A DNA stretch of 64,000 bases, taken from the NCBI GenBank assembly GCA_004431415.1, contig QPMI01000121.1, positions 124,001 through 188,000 on the forward strand, read 5' to 3'. The position numbers were made by a program, and so were the translations under genes. Below, piece by piece: positions 12,650-24,886 of the stretch. The notes below the pieces were generated by a model that was not told the origin of the DNA, did not search any database, and saw nothing but the letters and a program-made list of their open reading frames with translations. The DNA comes from Cyanophora paradoxa CCMP329 (lineage: Eukaryota; Plantae; Glaucophyta). Numbering within the stretch: position 1 is the stretch's first letter; each line of letters begins with the position of its first letter.

Positions 12650-15600
12650 ATGGCCGACCCGCAGAGTAGAAAGGAGCTGCTGAGATCGCGCCTGCAGTCT
12701 CGCAACCTCCTCAATCGGGAGCTGAAGGAGATCCAGCAGACCCATGCCGAGCGGCTCAAGTCCTTCTGGGCCACGCTCACGCCCGACGAGCGCCGGCGCT
12801 ATCTCACAGTCAGCAAGAAGGCGAGTCCAGGACCCGCTGCGCGCCCGATCGCTCTCCGGGCGACCACCTGACACCGCGCCACAGAGTCTCGTCGACGAAT
12901 TCGCGAGCGCGAGCTCCGTCCACCCGTCGATCGCCCAGGCATCTGTTAGCGGCGTCGTGCTCGACTACCTGAACGACCCGCTCCCGCCGGGCACGCTCAA
13001 GGCATCCAAACATTGGACCCCGCCGTACACCGTCGACGTGCAGAGATGCCTGGAAGGGCTGGAGTTCTGGTTCGACTACACGGACGGTTCGCTGGGTTGG
13101 AGCGCGCGGGGGCGGGCTCTCTCGGCGCCCAGGATGATCCCGATCTCACGCACGCCTCGCCGCGCAGGCTACGTGGATCGGGTCACCGGCGAATTCAAGA
13201 TCCTGACCATCAAGCGCTTCCCGTGCACCGCTAAGGTCCGCGGCCGCCCCACACGCGGGCGAGCTAAGCGACCGCTGACCGCCGACCGCGCCGGCCGCGC
13301 TCCCCGCGCCTCCTCGCGTTCCTTTTCGAGCAGGTGCAGCGGGAGTGCGTGGAAGATCCGGGCGGCCTCCCCGGGCTCGGCGGCCTGTCGAAGAAGGACG
13401 CGGACTACCGGAAGCGGGCGAAGGAGCTCGCCGACGAGAGCGTTCGCAACTCGGGCATCGTCCTGTGCACCGCGAAGGACCTGCCCGAGCGCATCGTGCT
13501 GGCGCCGCTCTCGTCGCGGCCCGTGCCGCCGCCGACGGTCGCGTTCGAGCCGAAGGACATCGTCGTGCGCGTGCGGCTCTGCTTCAAGGCGAAGGACGCG
13601 CGCCTCTTCTCCATCCTCCTCCTGGAGAACCCGCGCACGCTCATCGACTGGACCTTCTCGCTCTCCGAGCTGTACCAGGTCCTGCCGCGGCTCAAGCTGG
13701 ACTCCTTCTTCGTCAACGGCAACCAGGACCTCTGCGGCCCGAACGTCATCCACGTTTTCCCGCTGATCTCCACCGCCGCATCCGTCTCGGACTGCTGCAT
13801 AGACTACCAGGGCGCGTCCCCCGCCGCCGCGCACCCCGCGCCCGGCGCGCGCGCGCGCTGACGCGCGCCCTCTGCGCAGGCGTGTCGGACATATGCCTGT
13901 ACTCCCTCCCCGCCATGGCCCTGGACAACGTACCCGGGGAGTCCCTGTACACGCTGCGCCACCTGCGGGTCCGCGCCCGCCCGCCGGCCCCGCCCCGCCA
14001 GCGCCCCGCGCGCGCCTCACGCCCGCCCAGATGTCCTTCTACTGGCTCTACTTAGAGGCGAACCTGCGGTACACGACGGACGCCCTCAAGGCCGTCGCCG
14101 AGCCGCTCTCGGCCGAGGTCCCCCACGCCCGCGCCTTCCTCCTGAACCAGTACCTCCAGCCCTTCTTCGCCGGCCGCAAGGTTCCCTCCGGCCGCGGCCG
14201 GGCGCGCCGTCGTTCCTTTCCCTTCCTTTTCCGACGCGGGGCGCGCAGCTGGACGACCTCTCGGGGGTACTGCAGGCGCTCGAGATCCAGAAGCAGGAGA
14301 TTCGGCTGCGGCCCGCCGGGCTGGCGAACCTGTGCCCCGGCTCCGCGCTCGACGTGCCCCTCCTCGAGACCCTTGCGGCCATGTGCGACGTGCGCCGTAC
14401 CCCCCCTCCCACCCCCCTCCCCCGGCGTCGACCCCGCCCCCCGACGCCGGCCCCGGGGTACAGGTCATCATGCAGGACTTCGCTTCGGATCTCGGGAAGG
14501 ACTTTACGAGCCTGCAGGCCGACTTCACGACGTACCTGGAGCGGTGCGGGGGAAGGGGGCGGGGCGGGCGGGGCGGGCGGGGCGCGGCTCACGGGGCGGC
14601 GCGCAGCTTCCTGGCGGCGTGGTCGAAGCTGGTGCAGACGGCGCGGCAGGTGCAGCAGGCGGCGTCGGAGCTGGCGCAGGCGGAGGCGTGTGCGGCGCAG
14701 TCGGTCGGGGCCGTCGAGCAGTTCAGCCTGATCGCCGCCTTCGAGGGGATGGTGGACGGCCGCACCGTGACCGACATGCTCTGGAGCCGCCCCCTCGTCG
14801 CCTCCAACGGGACCGGCGGGGTCGGCGCCGGCGGCAGCGGGGTGGTCCCAGGGGGCGCGGCGGGCGGCGCCGGCGCCGTCGGCTCGGCGGCCTCTGCGCT
14901 CGTGAGCGGGGCCTCGTCGCTGGCGCTGCAGGCGGCGGCGTCGGCCGCGGCCGGCGGCAAGAAGAAGGGCGGGAAGCAGGGCGGGTACGAGAAGTTCCCG
15001 ATCCAGCTCCCCCTCTCCGCCGCCGAGTCCATCTTCCCGGGGCCAAGTGGTCGTTTCCGGGGGCGGCCGCGGCCGCCGCCGGCGCCCCGCCGGCCCCGAA
15101 GCCGGCCGGGGCCTCGCCGGCGCCGGCGGGGGGCAAGGCGGCGGCCCCCCCGAAGCCGCTGAACTCGAACGAGCACCGGCGCAGCGCCGTGAAGAAGCTC
15201 GCGGACGCCTTTAGGAACCTCCCGGACGCCGTCGAGCAGGCGCGGCCCCCGCCGGGGCCCGCCGCATCCAGCGCCGCCGCCGCCGCCGCGCAGCAGCAGC
15301 AGCAGCAGCCCGTTACCCCCGAGCAGGGCCTGCTGGCCCCCTCCTCCTCCTCCTCTTCCGCCTCCGGATCAACTTCTTCCCCGGCCCCCGCCGCCGCCGC
15401 CTCCTCCTCGTCCTCCTCGTCCACCTCGCCCGCCCCGCAGCGGCCCGCCCTCCCCGCCCCGTCCCCGCCCTCTACCCCGGCGGGCGCACCCTCCCCGCCA
15501 CCCGCGTCTTCCTCCTCGAGCCCCCAGCCCGCCCCCGCCTCCTCCTCTTCCTCCACCGACATCGTACCCTCCCCGTCCGGCTCCTCGTCCCCCCCGCCCC

Positions 15601-18600
15601 CTAGCCCCCCCGTCGTCCTCAAGCCCGAGGAGAAGGAGAAGTACCGAAAGGTGCCCCGCCCAGATCCGAGCCCGGCCCACCCGCGTACCCCCGTGCTGAG
15701 GAACCGTGTACCCCCAGTTCGTGGCGTACGTCGAATCCCGCGCGCGGCTCGCCGGGGAGGAGACGGAGCTCGTCCTGCTCAAGGCTCGCCCGCGTACCCC
15801 CCGCCCCGCCTTCCTCCCCCGCTCACGCCCAGCAGGACCGGATAATACACCTGCGGAAGGTGCTGTGGAGTGTGAACTTCCTGTCGCGGACGATGTGGGC
15901 GCGGGCGGTGCGGAGGCAGCTCCAGGAGGGCCTCGAGTCCCGTGTCAAGTCCGTCTGCAGCCAGCTCCTGGGCCCCGCCGACGCCCTCCCCGCCCCTCCA
16001 CTCTCCTCCTCCTCCTCCTCATCCGCCGCCCTCGCATCGGCCTCCGCGCCGCCCTCGTCCTCCTCCTCCGCCGCCGCCGCCGCCGCCGCCGCAGTCTCTG
16101 GCGGCGCCGCCGCCGGTTCCGCATCTAAAAAGCATACCTCTTCTTCCTCCTCCTCCTCCTCGTCGGCCGCGCGCAAGAACGGCGTGAAGGCCGGCGCCGC
16201 CCGTCCCGCCCCCTCCACCTCCGCCCCCGCCCCCGCCGCCGCCTCCGCCGCCGCCTCCTCCTCCGCCTCCGCACCGGCAGCGGCGTCGTCGAAGAAGGGT
16301 TCCAAGGGCCCCGCCCCGCCCGCCCCTTTCACCTTCCCCGCCTCCTCTGCGGCCCCTTCCGCCGCCTCCTCCTCCGCCTCCTCGTCGTCTGCCGTCGCTG
16401 CCTCGGGCTCGGGCTCGGCGCCGGCGCCGGCGCCGGCGCCGGCGGCGCTGGCGGAGGAGCAGCAGCTTGAGCTCGCCGTCTCGAGCAACGACACGGAGTC
16501 GATCCGGCGGCTCGCGGCGGGGCGCGCCTCGCTGCTCAACGCCCGCTCCGCGTACGGCCTCTCGCCCCTCCACACCGCCATCGGCCACGGCCGCCTGGAC
16601 GCCCTCCGCACGCTCCTCGCCCTCGGCGCCGACGCCGGCGTGCGCGACACGAACGGGAACAGCCTGCTCGCCTTCTGCGCCTCCAAGCTCTGCATGGGCG
16701 ACGTGGACATGGCGGCCGGCGAGGCCTGCCTCCGCGAGCTGCTCACGGCCGGCGCCACGGGCCCCGACCGCGGCTCCTCCGCCCTCTTCATGTGCGCCCG
16801 CTACTCGTACCTCTGGGACCCCCGCGGTGCGTCCTTCGACTAGCACTATCATTCCTTTCCCGGCTCCTCCGCCCCCGGAACGGCCGCTGAGGCCGCCCGC
16901 CCCCTCCGCAGTCTTCTCGACGAAGGCGGTGCTGGCGGGGGCGCTGCAGGGGCTCCTGGGGCCCCTCAAGGGCGAGTCCTCCGGGGCCGGCGGCGTGCCC
17001 TCGCCCCCGGGCCCCGCCGCGACGAGCCTCGCCGGGCTCGCCGCCTCGGCGGCCGGCGGCGGCGCGGCCGGAGAGTGCGCGCGCTCGCTCCATCTCTACG
17101 ACGTCGGCTCCCGCCACGCCAACTGCTCCTCCGTCGCGGTCAGCAAGCAAGCTCGCTCGCGCCCCGTCCTCGCCCCGCCCCGCCCCGCCCCTTAGCCCGC
17201 CGCAGCGGGTGCTGCTGGAGGCGGGGGGCGTACCCGTGGACGTGGCCTCCAAGGGCATCTCGGCCTTGCACTGGGCGTGCATCGCCGCCAACCTCGAGCT
17301 CGCGGACCTCCTCGTCAAGCACGGCGCCGACGTCAACAGGCCCTCCTCCCAGCTCGCCCGCCGGCCCCTCCACCTCGCCTGCTACCCCTACGCCGTCGAG
17401 CGCTCCTGCCCCGCCTGGGACCCCGCCCGCCGCGCCCGCCTCGCCCGGCTCCTCATCGCGGCGGGGGCGGACCCCGCGGCGCGCGACGACGGCGGCTGGA
17501 CGCCGCTCAACCTCGCCTGCTCGGACAGCGACGCCCCGGAGGTCGTCAGCGCCCTGCTCGAGTACCCCGAGGCCGCCTCGCGCGTCAACGAGAAGAACGA
17601 GAACGGGTACGGCGCGGTGCACAGCGCCATCATCGCGGGGGCGCCCCGCTCGCTGGCCGCGCTGCTCGCCCGCGGCGCCGACGTCGGGGAGCGCACCGGC
17701 GACAAGCGCCGCGAGTCGCCCCTCGAGCTCGCCCTCGTCACCCTCGGTGCCCCCCTTCCCCCTCGTCTCTTGCGCCGCCCTCTGAGACGGACCCGCGCCA
17801 GGCATCGCGTTGGCGCCTTGCAGGAGGAACGCCTGCACGCCGGGTACACACATCTGCACCGAGTTCCGCTCCAAGAACCGCGTACGCGTCCTCTACGACA
17901 GGTACCCCCGCCATCCCTCCCAACATCTGCATCTGTATCCCCCGCCTCACGCGCGTACCCCCCCTCAGCGCACTCGCCTGTGTGGAGGTTCTGCTGCAGC
18001 ACGGCGCCTCGATCGACCCGAAGCAGTACCAGCTCATCGGTACCCCCGTCCCCGCGCACGCCGGTACCCCGCACCCCTCTTTGACGCCATACCCCCTCTA
18101 GGGGAGTACCTGCTCTTCCTCTCGACGATGGAGGTTGACCCGACGCAGTCGGCGCGCCTGCGGCAGGTGACCGCTTCCCCCCCGCCCTCGACGCCCCCCG
18201 TCAGACGCGGGCGGCGCAGTGGCACGGCGCAGAGCAGGAGCGGAGGCAGCGCAAGGCGGCGGCGGCGCTGCTCCCGGCGCCGGCGCGGCCCGCCTCGGCG
18301 GCCGCCCCGTCCCCGTCCCCCTCCTCGTCCTCCCCGCCCCACTCCGTCTCCCCGGCGCCGCGCCCCGCGGCGGCCCGCCCGGCCTCGCCGACGCCCCTGC
18401 CCGTCTCGGCGGCCGCGGCCGCGGCCGCCGTCGCCGACGCCAAGTCGGTGGCGGAGGCGGCGCTGCGGGCGGCGGTCGAGGGCGGGGGCAAGGAGGCGCT
18501 CATGGCCGCCATCGTCCAGGGCCGCCGCGCCGGCTGCCGCGTCGCCGAGGCCTCGGCCGCCCTCGCCGCGCTGCTGCGGCGCGAGGACTGCGCGCGGCGC

Positions 18601-21077
18601 CTCGCGGCGGCTGCGGCGGCCGGCGACGCCGCCGCGTTCGCCGACTGCTCCGCCGAGGCTCTTCAGCTCGGCGGGCTCTCGGACGCCATCCGGGTACGCG
18701 GTTTCCTGCTCCGTCGACGTCCCCCGCCCGCCCGCCCGCCCGCCCGGGTCTGACCGTCGCCCGGGCAGGAGGGCGAGGGCCTGATGGCGCGGCGGGCGGC
18801 GGAGCAGCGCGGGCGGGCGGCGCTGGCGGCGGCGGCGGCGGCGCTGGACGCGGCGGCCTTCGCGGCGGCCGAGGCGGAGCTGGCGCGGGCCGGCGTGGAC
18901 GCGGCGGAGGAGCGCGCGGCCTTCGAGGCCCGCCTCGAGCGCGGGCGGCTGCTCTCGGACCTGGAGCGCGCCGCCGCCGCCGAGGACCCCGCCGCCCTCC
19001 AGCGCGCCCTCCGCCGCTGCAACGCCGTGCGCCCCCCCCCCCCCCCCGCCCGCTCCGCGCCGCGCCGCGCCGCTGACCTCGTCTTCCCTCGGCAGGCGGG
19101 CCTGGAGCGCGAGGAGCTGCTCCCGGCGCGGCGCCGCCTGAACGCGCTCGTGGCGGACCTGAAGGGCCGCCTGGCGGCCGCCGGCGAGGAGGCGGCGGCG
19201 GCGGCCTCGCGCGCCGAGCTGGAGCCGCTGCTCGTCGTCGCGCGCGAGATGGGATGGCGCCGCGAGGCCCGCCCCGCGGTGCGCGCCGCGCGCAGTCCCC
19301 GCCCCGACCTGTCCGCGCCGCCCGGGCCCGTCTGACCCGGGCGCGCAGCTGGCTCGGTACGCGGCGCTGGCGAAGGCGGAGGCGGAGGCGGCGGAGTCGG
19401 CGGCGGCGGCGGGCGAGGCGGCGGGCGAGGGGGCGCTGGAGCCGCTGGCCGAGGCGCTCGAGCGCGTCGGCCTGCCCGACGACGCCCGCGCCCTGCGCGC
19501 CCTCCGCGCCCAGCGCGCCCGCGAGGCCTCCGAGGCGGCGGCCGCGGCGGCTGCTGCAGCCGCCGCTGCGGCGGCGGCGGCGGCCGGGCGGGCGGAGGAC
19601 GGCGCGGACGGCGAGGGCAAGAAGGGCGGCAAGGCGAAGAAGAAGCCAAAGCAGCCGCACCCGGAGCACCCGCCGGCGCAGCCGCCGGCGCAGCAAGAGG
19701 CACCCCAGCCACCGCCGCCGGCGCCGGCGCCGCAGCCGCGCAGCGAGTCGCCGGCGCCCTCCCGCGGCCGCCCTCGCCGCCGGCCGCCCGGAGGCCCCTC
19801 TGCCTTCGCCTCTGGCGGCGGCGGCGGCGGCGGCCACAGCGGAGTCGGCCAGCGACGGCGCGCGGCGGCGAAAGAAGAACAGGAGGGGCGGGGCCGGCGA
19901 GGGCGGCGACGCGGCGGGGAGGGACGGGCCGGCCGGCGGCGAGGCGGGGGCGGCGGCCCCGGCGCCCAGGGCCAGTGGATCGAGGTCAGCAAGAAGGGCA
20001 AGGCGAAGGGCGGCAAGGCGAGCGGCCCGCGCCCCGTGCCCGCGCCCTCCGCCGCTGACGCGCGGGGTGCGCAGGGAGCCGCCTCCCCTCCGCCCGCCCC
20101 CGCCAAGCCGGCGCCGCCCGCCGCCAAGCCTGCGCCGGCTCCGGCCGCGGCGCAGCGTTCACAGCCGGCCCCCGCCGCAACCGCGGCTCCGATTGCGCGC
20201 GCCGCGCAGCCGACCGCCCGGCCCCGGCCGGCCCCGCTTCGACCGCCCCTGCGGGCGGCCGTGGGGGCCCGCAAGGCGCGTGGACCCCGCCCGCCGGCCC
20301 CGGACGGCCGCCTGCGCCCTCCGGCCCCCCGTCGAGACCCCCCGGAGCTCCCTGGGCCGTACCCGCCCCGCCCCGCCCCCGCCCCGCCACTGCTCCCACC
20401 CCGCCGTTCCTGCCACCCCGCCTCCGCCGTCGGCGGTACCCCCGCGACTCCCGCCCCCCGCCCCCCGCCCCTCAAACCCGTCCGCCCGCTCCCCCGCACC
20501 CGCCGCTTCGGTGCCCGCCCCCGCCGCCGCTCCCGCCCCCCGCGGCGCCGCGGCCGCGCTGCCGCCCACGCCCCCGCCCCTCCCGACGGCCGAGCCAGCG
20601 CCGGCCCCCACCCACGTCCCGGCCTCCATCCGGAGCCTGTGGAGCGACAGCGCGCCCCGTACCCCGGGCCAAGCGCCTCCCCCGCCCTCCCCGTCCTCCC
20701 CGGCTGCGGCCGCCGTCCCTTCCCCCGTCTCCCCCGCCCCGGCGCCCCGCAGTACCCCCCTCTCGCCTCCGGTCCCGTCCCCGTGGCTCTGGGGCGGCAC
20801 CCCCGCCCCCGTGCCCGGCGCCCCCGCGTCGCCCGCGATGCGTACCCCCTTCGCCCCGGACCCCCTGCAGGGGTACCTCGCCAGCCTCGCCTTCCCCGCC
20901 TTCGGCGCCGGGGTAACCCCGGCGCCCTCGTCCCCCTTCGCCCCGGCGAGCCCCTTCGCGGCCGCCGGCATCTGGGGCGGGGCGACGGCGGGCCAGCCCC
21001 CAGTGCCCGCCCTGGGGCTCGGCTCGGCCCCGGGCCCCGACCTGTGGGGGCCGGCCCCCGCCCGCCCCGCTCGGTAG
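12650..21077 (+). CDS. Large multi-exon ankyrin-repeat protein with Ala/Ser/Pro low-complexity and Ala-rich helical regions
   Basis: ATG 12650. Ankyrin motifs GLSPLHTAIGHG, GISALHWACIAAN, RRPLHLAC, GWTPLNLAC and GYGAVHSAI at 16500-17750. Consistent small introns; stop 21075-21077. The N-terminal KSFWATLTPDERRRYL resembles an NST1-like motif (weak). Some frame breaks fall at G/C homopolymers. Confidence 0.75.
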
Positions 21078-21359
21078 CCTTCTGCCTCCCCCCTGTAACT
21101 CGACCCCCCGCGCTTTCAAACGCTTTTCTTTCAATTTCATGGCTTCGAAAATTCTTATCAGTGGTATCACTGGTATGGCAAGGAGTGGACGTCGATATCA
21201 TGACAAGGGCGTGCGCAGGCAGACTCCGATTAATTTGATAACGCAGAGTCGTGAGTCGTGACTCTGATCCGTGACCCACATCTGATCCGTGACCCACACG
21301 GTACGTACGGTAGCTACGTATACTGGGTACTAGTAGTCTAAAAACGAATACGTATACTG

Positions 21360-22168
21360 TCGGCCTTGGGGAAAGGAGAGGCCCTTAGGTCTGTTGGTTT
21401 GATGTGACGGATTTCAAAAAGCGAAATTCGCATAAATGAACAGACCTACTACCCCATTTTAGACCCTGGGGAACGCGATGGCCGGGCCCGTTTTCCTATG
21501 AGAGGTCTCTAATGGGCAGTAACAGCACCTCGAAAAGCACAGAAAAGCATTTTCCCGAAAAAAAAGAGAAAGCGCAAATCACATTGGCCTTCCAAGTCGA
21601 AATTTGAAAATTATTAATTTGAAGAGACCGCACTTCATTCGCTAGGAGATAATTTCCAAATTAACGGAGCGCCACGTTGCCGGCCAGCAAATTTGTATCA
21701 TAGTATGCATATATGAGACAGGGTCGCAGTGTGCCACGATGTGGGATTTAAAAGTATTTGATGCGTTGATTGAAAGATAATTGAAATAAACAATTTAGAC
21801 AGAGCTTTAATACTGCGAATTACATCCAAATGATTCATAGATTATTATCAACCATCTCCAAAAAGCGCCGAAAAGTCGTTTTCAATAAGCTGAGACGACC
21901 AATGGGCCCTTCGGGGCCTGCACTCGGTACAATTGCGGCCGATTGGGCCCCGCATCGATATCTGTACCCTTGCGACACAATTTTGTACCCTCACACTTGA
22001 GTGTGTACCCTTGCCAAGTGGACCCCCCTGTTTCTCCTCCCCCCTCCCCCGTAACCGCGCGCGGTTGCGGGCCCCCGTTTAAAAACAAAGAGCTGCCAGA
22101 GCCTGCCACCCTCACGCCTTGAAGCCCCAAGACCCAAGGCCACTCCTGCGCCGCAGGGACTCGCTTGT
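21360..22168 (+). mobile_element. Non-autonomous Helentron/Helitron2(DINE-like) element
   Basis: 5' terminal GGCCTTGGG inside a GGCCT..AGGCC palindrome. Its inverted copy CCCAAGGCC (22133-22141) is followed by hairpin CCTGCG-C-CGCAGG and terminal CTTGT. A second copy at 51339-51606 defines the ends. Confidence 0.6.
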
Positions 22169-22169
22169 A

Positions 22170-23290
22170 AAACTAGTTAATTTAGTACAGGAAAATAATG
22201 AGTACTTCGCCAAAACTGCCACTTCAGCAGGTCCGCCTTCGATCGCAGCGCGGCCGCGGCGCGGCCGGGAGTCCGATCGATCATCGATCGCGATATCGAC
22301 ATCGCCGAGTCGATCGCGAGCGCTAGGCTGCCGGCGCCTGCCGCTATACTATCATAGTATGATATGCGCTAGCTCGAGCCTCGAGCTCGAGCCGACGTGC
22401 GAGGCTCCGAACTTGCGAATTCGAATCTACTGCGCATGCTAGCGCTGAGTCATTGCTGACTCATTGCTGAGTCAGTGCTGACCGTAGGTCCGTAGGACGC
22501 GGACGTCGACGTCGACTCGGCGACTCGGCGGAGTCGCGGACGCGGATCCCGGACCCGCGCGCACCAGCCTCCAGCCTCCAGGCCACCGGCCGGGCCGGGA
22601 TCATATCATATATTCCGGGATCGGCGGCGACTAGTACTACGGTAGTTACCGGGTAGTACTACGGTACTACGGTAGTCTAGTACTCGATGCCGCGGCCCGC
22701 GGCCCGCGCGCGGCCGCGGCGGCGCGGCCCGGGCCGCCCGGCGCCGGCGGCCGGCGGGATCTACTGCTGATTCAGTACTAGTGCTGAATCCGATGATCAG
22801 TGCTGACTCTGCGCATGCTGAGTCACTGCTGATCATGACGCGGACGCGGATCTTGAAAAATCGAAAAAGACCAATGACGAATCTACTGCTGACGCGGACG
22901 CGGATCTCCCTCAATGACAAATTGACATCACGCGTAAAACTTCGGACAACAACAACGATATCATGAACTCAGAACTCAGACTATAGACGTCGACAGAACT
23001 CATGATCAGAATTCAGACTGCGGGCAGTTTACTAGTTTAAATTTAGGCTACGGCATTATACATTATATAAACATCAACAAGAAAATCAACTTCTACTAGC
23101 CTACTAGGCTAGTAGGCTACTGCTGAGTCAGTGCTGACGCGGACGCGGATCTTGCTGGATCGCGATCGCGATCAACTTACTAAAGTTACTAAGTTAAGAG
23201 TCAATGACGTCGACCGTCGGACGTCGACGCGTACGCCGATCATCGGATCATCCGACTCTAGATCTAGATCGGCGAAGTGAGCGGCGATGT
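22170..23290. repeat. Degenerate palindrome-rich repeat region (recurring TGCTGAGTCAGTGCTGACGCGGACGCGGATC motif)
   Basis: Motif variants near 22465, 22765, 22885 and 23120, interleaved with iterated X-X'-X and X-c-X'-g-X words. Confidence 0.6.
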
Positions 23291-23318
23291 CGCCGAGTCG
23301 GGAGTCGGGAGTCGGGAC

Positions 23319-23811
23319 TAGGCCTAGGGCTGGGTCCAGTGAGATCAGTGGAGGGTCGAGGGTCTCACTCCACTCACTGAGTGAGGATTTTGGCTCACTC
23401 GTACAAAGAAAAATGTATGAGGCCAGTGAGCCGGACCTCAGCCCGCACCGCGCGGGGGGGTATCTGGCCCCATAAAATCACGACCCAGGCGCCCCACCTA
23501 ACGATTTGGGGGTACTTTTGAGTCAGATCTACATGCGTATAGCGTAGCGCTAGCAGCACCGCGCGTGATGCTGACCATGACCAATTTGAAATTCGAAACG
23601 ACCTCTCAGAATCTCGACATTTTAGAAGCCCGCGGAAACAGCTGGCAGTTAAGGCACGTAGCGCCTGAAAACTCGGCGAAATCTGGGTCGTTTTAGGTCG
23701 TTTTTCGCGTATACAAAAACGTACCCCCTGCTCACTACAGTGACTGAGTGAGTGGGACGCAAAAAGCTCACTCACAAAGTGAGCCCGCGGACCTCACTGG
23801 GCGCAGCCCTA
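23319..23811. mobile_element. hAT-type MITE with 8-bp TSD, nested in a GGAGTCGG/GGGACTCG array (23290-24066)
   Basis: TIRs TAGGGCTGGGTCCAGTGAG / CTCACTGGGCGCAGCCCTA. TSD GTCGGGAC at 23311-23318 and 23812-23819. The left TIR has acquired a +6 AGG-CCT-AGG insertion. Confidence 0.85.
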
Positions 23812-24069
23812 GTCGGGACTCGGGACTCGGGAGTCGGGACTCGGGACTCGGGACTCGGCCCACGGAGTCGGGAGTCGGGACTCCGCCGTCCGGCGGTCAC
23901 TCCGATCCGGGAGTCCGGGACTCCCGGGAGTCATGATCAGGAGTCGGGACTCGGGCGGAGTCGGGCCCCGGGACTCGCGCGGACTCGCCGAGTCGGGAAT
24001 CGGGACCGGGCCGGATTCGGAAGGGAATCCGGTCGGAAGTCGACGGCCCGTGACTCAGTGACCTAGGAA

Positions 24070-24302
24070 TCTTCGATCGACAGCGTCAGACCTGCACGTC
24101 TATATTCGTCAGACCTGCACTTCGACGAATATTAATATTTGATGCTCTTGAACGGAAATTTTGTATGGAGAGGGGTACTAACGGCTGACCCGTCTATGGC
24201 GGAGTCGCGGGGCTGACGAAAATATGATGCTGTGGAACCATATTTTCACGATTTTCGGGTTTTGTCGAAATGAAGTCTCGACGAACATTTCTACGTTTAC
24301 AG
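24070..24302 (-). mobile_element. Truncated relative of the MITE at 54029-54277
   Basis: Ends in TACGTTTACAG|TA (same TIR type). Internal TTTGTATGGAGAGGGGTA..CGGCTGACC..CTATGGCG..GTCGC matches the reverse complement of 54122-54174. Confidence 0.6.
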
Positions 24303-24886
24303 TAAAAGTACCGGGTATAGTCTGCCGCAGTGCCAGTGCCGGGTATAGGCTGTGGCCCGGCGGGCCTGTGCCGTGCGGCCCGGCGCCGGCCGGGCCGGCG
24401 GCCATCATGGCATGGCCCATGGCCCAGTAGTAGGGCCAGTACTAGTGGCCATGGCCCAATGCATGGGCCATGGCCAGGCTAGCGCTGGCCCGGCCCGCCG
24501 GGCCCGGACAGTGCATGCCGCGCGCACTTTCCGAAGTTCCGTTCTACGTATACGTATACGTAGGCGCGATTCCGCCCGGTATACTGTCACATATACGTAT
24601 ACGTATACTTCGGTACTACGGTAGGCCGCAGGTCCGACTCGGCGATTTCGCCCAAAGTACGCGCACGTACTACTGGCACGTACGCGTATAAACAGCGATA
24701 TATATATAGACACGAGCGCGAGCTCGAGAAGCGTGACACATATATATATGCGATACGTCAAGCTGTTCGCGATCGGAACTTGAAGCTCGGCTGATCAGAA
24801 GCGAATCACCATCATGGATACTGCCCATAGTACCGCAATTGCAAGGCCCGATCATGCAGCAGGCCTAGGTGAGGCCAGCGCCGCGC

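Noticed and set aside
15030-20600. Programmed frameshifts or pseudogenisation of the ankyrin gene
   Set aside because: Frame breaks coincide with G/C homopolymer-rich tracts, where sequencing indels or unrecognised introns are more likely.
18034-21297. 1087-aa minus-strand ORF and many similar Arg/Gly/Pro-rich ORFs
   Set aside because: Stop-poor shadow frames of GC-rich spliced genes; no domain content.
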